NCBI RefSeq assembly: GCF_006345805.1
Contig: NC_043014.1
Span: 22,940,001 to 23,004,000 of the forward strand
DNA length: 64,000 bases
Source: Octopus sinensis
Taxonomy: Eukaryota
Reading direction: 5' to 3'
The notes under the pieces are model-generated. The model worked only from the letters and a program-made list of their open reading frames with translations, was not told the origin of the DNA and searched no databases. Shown one piece after another: positions 37,735 to 47,679 of this stretch. Within the stretch, counting starts at the first letter, position 1. The number at the start of each line of letters is the position of its first letter. A program made the position numbers and the translations under genes.

Positions 37735-39060
37735 TATTTTATCTAGTTTCAGCTCACGAGCTGTGGCCATGCTGGGGCACCGCCATTTGGTGTTGGTACA
37801 TGATTTTACTTCACGAATGCTTTTTAGCAACTGCCATTTGGTGCATGAGAGAGTTCGATGCAGCTGCCCTCATCTGCACCTCCTGCCGTGAAGTTGGTTC
37901 ATCCGGGACACCTGACAGGAAGAGATCCAGTCCTACTTTAAAGACATCCGCATCCATCCCATGCAGGTCCCTCAGGTTCTTCGGGAGGATATTGAAGAGC
38001 TGTGGGCCTCTGAAGCCCAGGCTATCACAGTATCTTGTCCTACTTCTTGATGGCAAATTTGGAGTCCTTGGCACCACGCGGTGGCGCGCAGTTCTGGCAT
38101 TTGTGTAACTCTTTATGCCACAGTTTGGGACAAATCCTTCCAGGATCTTCCAGATATATATTATGGCATATCTTTCTCGCCTACGTTTCAAGGAATAGAG
38201 TTTTAATCTCTTGAGTCTTTCCCAGTAGCTTATATGCTGCACAGAGGCTATCTTCTTCGTGTAGCTTCGTTAGATCGCCTCAAGTTCTGTGATCAACTTG
38301 ACACTGGATGGTGACCATAGCTGAGAGCAATAGTCAAAGTGGCTTAGGACAAGTGTCCTCCAGAGGACCATCATGGTTTCTTGGTCTCTTGTTCCAAAGG
38401 TTCTAAGAATCCATCCAGCCAGCCGTCTACATTTCATTGCCAGTTTAGCAACATGTACTTGAAAGGTCGCGTCATCACTCATGTGAATACCCAGGTCACG
38501 CACTGATTGTGCCTCTGGGATTGCAATCCCTCCGGGTCCAGTGTATTCATTGGGTATTGCATTTAGTTTTGCATGCTGATAGCATAAAGCTTGAAACTTT
38601 TCAGCATTGAACTGCATGCTATTCTTTTCAGCCCACTTGTATATTTTGTCCAGCTCACATTGCAGGTGCTTAGTGTCTTAATGGTTCTGTATTGCCTGTG
38701 AAACATTTGTATCATCTGCATAACTTGTGATCGTGGCTCTCTGCGTGGCTGAGGGCATGTCTGAGAGGGCCATTATGAACAGTAGTGGTCCCAAAACAGT
38801 GCCCTCGGTGGCCCCATTGGCTACTACCACCTGATTTCTATCCTTCAGAAAGTCATGAAGCCACTCTCCCAATTTTCCAACTATGCCAAGATCACGCAGT
38901 TTGTGACATATCATTCCATGATCGACTTTATCAAAAGCCTTTGCAAAGTCGAGATATATCACTTCCACATTTGAGTGGTTGAGCAGTCGTTTCAGCACCC
39001 AGTCATAGTGTTGTAGGAGCTGAGTTAAGCAGCTTCTTCCTGGTCGGAAACCATGTTGGG
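37735..39060 (-). mobile_element. CR1-group LINE, 5'-truncated RT and 3' end
   Basis: [58 protein letters not shown]; frameshift and stop. Confidence 0.9.
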
Positions 39061-39062
39061 TG

Positions 39063-39082
39063 TCATACATATATATGTATAT

Positions 39083-39114
<32 letters not shown>

Positions 39115-39850
39115 GTGTGTGTTTGTGTGTACATATATATATATACATATATATATAATGTACATATATATATATATACATACATATATATATGTATATA
39201 TATACATATGTATATAATGTATATATATATATGTATATACATATATATATGTATATATATACACATATATATTATATCCATATATGTATATGTACATATA
39301 TATACATATATGTATATATGTATATGTATACATATATATGTATATGTATATATATACGTATATATATACACATATATATATATGTATACATATATATATG
39401 TACATATATACATATATATATAAATACATATATATATATATGTATATATATATACATATATATATAATGTATGTTTATATATGTATATATATATATATAT
39501 ATATGTATACATATATATATATATATATGTGCATATATATGTATATATATACATATATATATATGTATACATATATATATATATATGTGCATATATATAT
39601 ATGTATATATAAACATATACATTATATGTATATATATACATATATATATATATGTATATATATATATATTATATACTATATATAATGTATATATATATAT
39701 AATATATATATAATTATATATATAATATATAACATATATGTATATATATACATATATATATGTATATATATACAATATATATATATACATTATATATGTG
39801 TATATGTATATATGTATGTATATATATGTATATATGTATGTATATATTGT
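39063..39850. repeat. Long complex (TA)n/(TACA)n/(TATG)n array
   Basis: Direct inspection. Confidence 0.97.
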
Positions 39851-40469
39851 TATATTTCGGAAAGGTCATTTTGCCAGTTTAGCCAATAAAAACACACGCA
39901 CTATATATTTGGTGTTACTTTGCTTCATTGTTATTTATTTTTTACATTAATCTTAATCTTATTTCGGCCAGAGTTCTTTCGTCACACTCCTGTGACCGCA
40001 TCAGTGCTCCTTTGTTTTCTTCTTTCTTATTTGTGTCTCTCCTTACTAACCGTCAGCCATTTTGTATTTCTATTGTATGTCTTCATTTGCGCATGCTTAT
40101 ATCTCTATGTGCGTTTATGTTTATTTAGTGTGTGTATGTGGGGGGATGCCTGTAATATTTGTATCTTCTGTTTATATATGTTCATGTAATTAGTATTTTG
40201 TTTCTGTTTTTGTTGTTTTTGTTTATTCTTATTTTGTTCATGTGTTTACATCCACTTATTATTATCATTACATATGCTTGTATGTATAACAACAATACTA
40301 GTATTAATAATAATAAATCGAACTGAAAAAAAAATTTTTTTTTTAATTATAAATAAAAAAATTAATTAAAAAAAAATATATACATATATATATATATATA
40401 TACATAGTTATTTATTTCTATTGGTTTATTTATCTGTGTATTTATTATGTTTTCAGGATCCTCTATCGT

Positions 40470-40840
40470 CATATGTTGTGGTGTGTGTTAGTGTTCCATT
40501 CTAGTTTTCTATTCAGGCTAGGTTTATCTTCTATTATGTGTGTAGCTTCTGTAATTTGTCTAATTGTTGCATCTGATCTATGTGTGGATAATATTTTAAG
40601 TTCTATGTTATTGATTGATCCCCCGTGTTCCTGTTCGGCGTGTTGGTACAGAATCAATGAGCTTTTACCTTCCTTGAGTTGTCTCCAATGTCCATTTACC
40701 CGCTCTCCTATGCTTCTTGCCATTTCCCCTACGAATGTCGTTGTCTTGTTACTGCATCGTCCCTCTATACATCTTATACTATAGACTACATTTCTGGCTT
40801 TACAGTTTGTTTGTTGGCTAAATCTACATACAGTACAGTA
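40470..40840 (-). pseudogene. PLE GIY-YIG endonuclease fragment (another family)
   Basis: CKARNVVYSIRC...FVGEMARSIGERVNGH...RQITEA.HI...P.LNRKLEW. Confidence 0.75.
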
Positions 40841-40888
40841 TTTATCCGTATGTATATATATATGTATATATATATGTATGTATGTATA

Positions 40889-40960
<72 letters not shown>

Positions 40961-40964
<4 letters not shown>

Positions 40965-41320
40965 GAAAGAAGGTTTGAAAATGCAATTTTAAAAGATGTT
41001 TATTTACTTTTTAGAAAAAGATGTTTATTCACTTTTTAGAAAAAGATTGTCAAAAGTAACATGTAAAAGCTTGGCTGTGTTAGTAACTGGTTGTCACAAA
41101 ATACTACAATACATATATACATTCTTTGATAACAAGAACATGTTAAGAAGAATGTATATGAATCAAAGAATGTATATATGTATTGTAGTATTTTGTGACA
41201 ACCAGTTACTAACACAACCAAGCTTTTACATGTTACTTTTGACAATCTTTTTCTAGAAAGTGAAACTGGTAAAGTAAATAAACATCTTTTAAAATTGCAT
41301 TTTCAAACCTTCTTTCATAT
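40961..41320. mobile_element. Near-perfect fold-back element (arms about 165 bp, spacer about 30 bp) carrying an HHR
   Basis: ATATGAAAGAAGG...ATTCTTTGAT mirrored as ATCAAAGAAT...CCTTCTTTCATAT. Confidence 0.92.
41233..41277 (+). ncRNA. Minimal type I hammerhead ribozyme, U3-A8 variant core
   Basis: TTACTT TTGACAA T CTTTT TCTA GAAAG T GAAA C TG G TA AAGTAA; 6-bp stem I; predicted GUA cleavage after 41271. Confidence 0.7.
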
Positions 41321-41661
41321 ATAATTCCACTCATGTGGTACCTTACAACTCCACTTTGTTATATATATATATATATATATATAAATATAGGGATGGTATT
41401 ATTAAAATACCATCACAAGTGGTAAGTGAATTATCAGCCGTACAGGCAAATTAATAAAATACATACATACAATATTAGATATGTGCATATATACACAAGG
41501 GTACTACATGAGTACCTATATCGCTAATGATAGAAGTCAAAAAATACTTCTGTACCACCGAACAGTCACAAATCTATTACAGACAAGATAGGAAAAAATA
41601 TCAGTGAACAATAATAATGTCTTATCTCAAATGGGTTAGAACAAGTAAATGCTGGTCGACC

Positions 41662-41716
41662 TGGTACCTGGTTTCGAAATTTAGCGCCCAATTGACGCCT
41701 GGTTTCTCATCAGCCA
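41662..41716 (-). ncRNA. Minimal type I hammerhead ribozyme, canonical core
   Basis: Minus: TGG CTGATGA GAAA..GCGTC AATTG GGCGC..TTTC GAAA C CAG G TA CCA. Confidence 0.8.
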
Positions 41717-41769
41717 AATTCCTCCAGCTAAATTACTACTAATGTTAGTAGTATATATACATATATATT

Positions 41770-42831
41770 AATATGTGACAATTAGTTGGTTGTTAATAAA
41801 ACTCAGAGTTTCGGATACCAGGCCTGAAGTCTACTCCAGCATCTCATCATTTAGTAAGACAAAACGCTATGAAAAAACCATTGAATAAAGGGAAATTACT
41901 CCAATGGGCATGGTGAAAGTAATATTTCATTCATAGAATCAGCATATGCACACATACACACACACACACACATACACATGTATGTATATATATATATATC
42001 TATATGCATACTCATTCATGCGTGTACATATACACACAAGCACACATATATACATATATGTGTGTCTTCGCATACACACACATATATACCCAATTATGCA
42101 TCACTATACTCATATATACATCTCTACATGCACACACACATACATACGCAGATATAAAAAGCGTAGTTTATACCCACATGCATATACATACGTGGAAAAT
42201 GTATATACAAATAAGAGCACATACGCAAAAATGCACGCATCATTATGTTCATATACACATCTCTATACGCACATACATATACATACATGGATATACAAAA
42301 TGTAGTCTATACGCACATGCACATACATACATGCACATACATACATGGATATACATACATGGATATACACATGCACATACATACATGGATATACAAAATG
42401 TAGTCTATACACACATACACATACATACATGTATATACTGATAAAAACACATACGCAAAAAACATAAATATTTACATTTGCTAGAAAACTTGTATATGCA
42501 AATTAGTTATATATGTATATACTTAAATACATCCTCCTGTCTGCCAAACACATCTACACCTGCAGATTTATAAACATATATATGTACATATACGTATGAG
42601 GAAGGAGACAAGTACAACAGATAGAGACTTGCACTCATATATATACAATCATTCGTACACATTAGGTATATACTACATGCGTATAAGTTACACAATTATA
42701 AAGGGTGAAAAATAATATACAGAAAAATTATATAAAGTAATAAAATATATATATAAATATATAAGAGATGTTAAGACAATATGAAAGGCTTGTACGTGGA
42801 CATAATATAAAAAGCAGGTTCTATCTGTGTT

Positions 42832-42901
<70 letters not shown>

Positions 42902-43390
42902 TAATAATAATAATATGACAGCAAAAGAATGACTGAGACCTCGATATTATGTAAAATAGTGGAATTTATCTATAAATATAATATGTGACAATTAGTTGGT
43001 TGTCATAATAAAACTCAGAGTTTCGGATACCAGGGCTCAGTATCTCATCATTTATTAAGACAAAATGCTCTGAAAAAAAAAACTATTGAATAAAAGGAAA
43101 TTACTCCAATACTCATGGTGAAAGTAATACTTCATTCATAGAATCTGCATATGCATACATCTACACACACACATATATACATCCTACACGCACACACACA
43201 TACATACGCGGATATACAAAGCGTAGTTTATACCCACATGCATATACATACGCGGAAAACGTATATACAAATAAAAACACATACGCAAAAACGCACGAAT
43301 CATTATGTTCATATACACATCTCTATACGCACATGCACATACATACATAGATAGACGTATATACTGATAAAAACACATACGCAAAAAATA
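41770..43390. repeat. Dispersed direct duplication of a pLTR-like segment plus (TACA)-rich tract
   Basis: About 41770-42250 is homologous to about 42980-43390; each carries a degenerate HHR-like motif on the minus strand. Confidence 0.8.
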
Positions 43391-43399
43391 TAAACTATA

Positions 43400-44200
43400 A
43401 AACATGCTCTGGCTTTAACCACAAACACCAATGGACCAGCGGAAAATCGGTTTAGGAAGGACATTATCCAAATGATGGAAACATTCGATCTTAGCATTAC
43501 AATAGATACCAACCTGACTATTGTCAATTTCCTAGATGTATCTTTAGATTTAAATAAGAATATTTACAAACCCTATAGAAAGCCCACCAATAGACTCACC
43601 TATATTAATGTAGGTTCCCGCCATTCCCCCATAGTATCTAAGAATTTAACTAAAAGCATTAGCAAGAAAATTTCTAGTCTCTCCTCCAATATAAACATTT
43701 TTAATAGTGTTGACCCAATATATAATAAAGCTCTAAAAAATAGTGGTTTTAGCAAGGAAATAACAATGAAAATCATCTGGTTCACACCACCTTACTCCCT
43801 CGAAGTGACCTTTAATATCGGTAGATATTTCTTATCCCTTATAGATAGGCACTTTCTAATCAATCATAATTATAGAAAACTCTTTAATAGGCACAACTTG
43901 AAAATTAGTTTTAGTTCTACTTTAAAGATACTAACTTTAAAGATATAATAACACACAGCAAACAAAAACAATAAAATGAAGCCGGCTGTTCCTGCAGAGT
44001 TAAAACTTTGTACCCGCTAAATGGAGCTTGTATAACCAAGGCCATCATTTATGAAGCCACCGTAGACTCTACAACCACTAAGGATATAGTTTCGTCAAAG
44101 AAATATGTGGGTCACATAGAGGGAAATTTCAAAGCCAGGTTCAACAATCACCCCTTAAGTTACAGGAAAGCAACCCAATTATTCAGTTATATATGGTCGA
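43400..44200 (+). pseudogene. Naiad-type PLE 3' part (RT thumb, linker, GIY-YIG)
   Basis: VNFLDVSLDL..YKPYRKP, IIWFTPPYS, KLFNRHNLKISFS, GCSCR..PLNGAC..IIYEATV..KYVG..FKARFNNH. Confidence 0.9.
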
Positions 44201-44300
44201 TAATCCAAACATGAAAACACAAAGAGAAAACACAACAACGCAAGGACGTCGAACAAATATAGTATTATTGGACGCTCAGGAAGGAAGGGAAGAAGGAGGG

Positions 44301-44333
44301 TTTTACGTTTCGAGTGGAGCTCTTCGTCAGAAA
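44301..44333 (-). ncRNA. 33-nt ultra-minimal hammerhead motif within a pLTR fragment (44200-44410)
   Basis: Minus: TTT CTGACGA A GAG CTCCA CTC GAAAC GTA AAA; stem III reduced to the ACGT palindrome. Confidence 0.65.
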
Positions 44334-44413
44334 CTTAGGAAAAGGAAAGATCCAGAGAAGGGAAGAGGGAGGAAAAAAATCCCCAACGGTACACATGCGG
44401 TCACATTTTGAAT

Positions 44414-44448
<35 letters not shown>

Positions 44449-44457
44449 ATATATATA

Positions 44458-44489
<32 letters not shown>

Positions 44490-44506
44490 GTATATATATA
44501 TGTATA

Positions 44507-44605
<99 letters not shown>

Positions 44606-44606
44606 A

Positions 44607-45097
44607 CCGTAAATCCTCAAGTATAGTCCACCCTTGAGGTATTTTTAGAGGGCTGTACCTCTGAAAAACCTGAACCTTGTGTATAATATGCACCCCTTCT
44701 CTAACTTGAGTCAAGGATTTTTAAAAACGTCCTTGGTTTGTAAAAATGTATATGGTAATGGCCTTTATTATTTATTATATATGATATAATGCAAGCATGT
44801 AGCTTTTTGTGCATTTTGTTTGCAGAAAATAAAGAAATAACAGTAATAACATTAATAACGTTTAATAGATGTTGCTTACTGAAAGTTATGGATGATTCTT
44901 TTATGACTTCATTGCTTTCAGGCTTAGCTTAAGGTATTTTCGCACCCAACATCACAAAATGCATCTGAATAAACATTGCCGGACAGCAAATAGAGACTCG
45001 GACATTGCTTAGAAAATAATTTTCATTTTTAACCTCGTATATAGTACGCACTAGGAATTTTGGGGAAAAAATGCGGATTATACTTGAGGATTTACGG
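44607..45097. mobile_element. Tc2/pogo-type MITE
   Basis: TA|CCGTAAATCCTCAAGTATAGTCC ... GGATTATACTTGAGGATTTACGG|TA; no ORF. Confidence 0.88.
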
Positions 45098-45135
45098 TAT
45101 ATATATTTGTATGTATATATAAATATGTATATATG

Positions 45136-45173
<38 letters not shown>

Positions 45174-45226
45174 TACATATTTATATATACACATATCTAT
45201 ATATACATATTTATATATACATAAAA

Positions 45227-45273
<47 letters not shown>

Positions 45274-45293
45274 GTATGTTATATATGCATGTG

Positions 45294-45324
<31 letters not shown>

Positions 45325-45344
45325 ATCTGAAAGGACTTATCACT

Positions 45345-45812
45345 CGTGACTTAGCCGTATGAAAGATGGCAGATTCCCCAAGGACATATTCTACGGAGAG
45401 CTTGCTAGGGGTACTAGGTCTGTGGGAAGACCGTTCTTCCATTACAAGGATGTTTGCAAAAGGGACATGAAGGCCTGCAACATCAATATTAGCAATTGGG
45501 AAGCAGTTGCCAGCAACCGTGGAGATTGGTGACGTACCGTAAAAGAGGGAATACAAAGGAGTGACAGAGAGAGAGAGGGGAGAAATGGAAAGACAAGAAA
45601 AGATGTCAACAAGAAACTATGACATTACAACCAGCCAGGAATAGTCTTCGCTACATTTGCGGTACCTGCCAGAGGGAGTGTTTGTCCAGGATAGGACTAC
45701 ACAGCCACAGCAGGAAATGTATTAGGACATGAAATGTAAAAGCCAGACTAGATTATGTTATGCGCAACTCCATTGTCTCCCGAGACAAAAAAGATGCCAA
45801 CCAACCAACCAT
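45345..45812 (+). mobile_element. RTE-1/BovB-like LINE 3' end (third RTE family), (CAAC)n tail
   Basis: RMKDGRFPKDIFYGEL..G.R..GRP...YKDVCKRDMK...CGTCQRECLSRIGLHSH.RKC. Confidence 0.85.
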
Positions 45813-45829
45813 ATATATGTATATAGATA

Positions 45830-46655
45830 GGGAGAATTCACAAAACAAAAAATGTCGAAGACAGGTGGTGCAGACAACAAAAAGATATATTAGTTTAATG
45901 CTCGGGAAGTGAAAGAGCCTTTAATGTTTCGAGCCTACACTCTTCTACAGAAAGGAACACAGAAAGAAACAAGGACAGAAAATAAAGAATGTGTAGTGGC
46001 TAGCAATCTATCATGGTGAATGCTGGACAGAAGGGTCACACAGGCGAGCTAGGAAGAAGGGGAGATAATAAAGTAGTGGTGCTCCCAAAACGAAGATGCG
46101 CGTGCGTGTGTATAAGAGAGTATGTATGTGTGTGTGGAAGAGGGCTGGTGACTTTGACATGTGTGTGTGTGTATGTGTAGGTGTTAACATGTGGGGCTCG
46201 GAAGTGGTCAGTGCTATTATGTGCATGGTGGTGTGATGTGATATGTTGTGTGGTATGGTGTGTATGGTGTAGTGGTGTGTGGTGTGATGGTGATGGAAGG
46301 TGAGGGAGGTGAGACCTAGGAGAGGGCGTGAGACCGGGGTATCATTGCCAAGTCGGATATCTCGGAGGTGTTCCGCAAACAAGTCAGAAAAGCAGCTTCC
46401 CGTTTGCCCAATGTTTAGAGAAGGGCAGAGAGAGAGCAGGAGATGCAGTAGATGACATTGGTAGAAGTGCAGGTGAAGGAGTCGGTGATGTGATATGGTC
46501 GATGATGGGTGCCGGTGAGGAGGGTGGTGTTTGAGAGGTAAGGGCAAGTGCGACAGCATGGGCGGGAGCAGAAGAACGAGCCAGATTGGGGGGTTGACTT
46601 AGGGAAGAATTTATGGACCAAGAAGTCTCGTAGGTTATAGGCTCGTTTGAAGGAT
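45830..46655 (-). mobile_element. Neptune-type PLE 3' part, same family as 8290-9600
   Basis: CSRPCCRTCPYLSNTT...VIYCISC..; pLTR with HHR-like motif at 45920-45953. Confidence 0.9.
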
Positions 46656-47679
46656 ATCTATATATGTATGTATATGTATGTATATATATATATATATATA
46701 TACACATACATACATATATATATTCCTGAGCGTCCAATAACACTGTAGTACTTGTACCACGTCCTCACGTTGTTGTTTTTTCTTGCTTGTTCTTGTTTCG
46801 ATTGGCTATATTTTTATATCATATGTATATTGTTTTTGAATAAGAGCTGACCAATTGGGTTGTAGGACTGACCATGACCCCACCCCACTAGGGGTCTCGA
46901 GATTAGTTGATCGGCTAAAAAGTAATGATCTCTAACATCACATCTTAGTCTCACCTAGTTTTCTCTCATTGATACACTCATGTAAAATATTCCTCATGAT
47001 GGGTTCATTATAAGTTATTTATGTCAAAACCCTCTGCAAGGCTACACCTACTAACAAGCATTTTGCATATAACCTTTTACCCCTGTAACATGGACCATAC
47101 CATCAAACCCAACACTAATGTTCCATGGAAACACAACAATGTGAACTACTGCCTGAAACTCCTTCTGAAAGTGACTTTATTCACATACCCACCACTGGAT
47201 GAAATACCATGGATTTTATAAATACTTTATGGGAAGTCTGTACCTTGTACTATGCCCACCACAATATTGTAGTATGCTATATTGCACTTGTATTCTTGTT
47301 TTTGCTCTTATTCTCACTCTGCTCTATTTAAAAGGATAAGCACACTTTATCTATTCTTAGCTGACTTTTATATGTTAGCCACCCCAACTACTTGGATTCT
47401 CTGAAGAAGTCTAGGGGCACATCCATTATCCAAGCCTTGTCTGTTAATTCCTGCATAACATTGAAGTAACGGAGATAACCTTGAAGATTTTGTTGCCTCT
47501 TGGCAGAAGCGGCCATAAGGAACTAGTACCTGCACACCCATTTATATTTTTGCTCATTTGTTTCTATATGCTTATCTATGCAGTTACCAGCTTTTTCCAC
47601 TTGAATAAATAGACATACTTGAATGTTTACTGGCTGATGTCTGTCGATTTTAAATCCTCTCCATTTTCTTATTTGCTGT

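Noticed and set aside
39960-40010. HHR-like CTGATGCGGTCAC...GTGACGAAA on the minus strand
   Set aside because: A9 is replaced, and no consistent stem I or stem III/UH site could be drawn.
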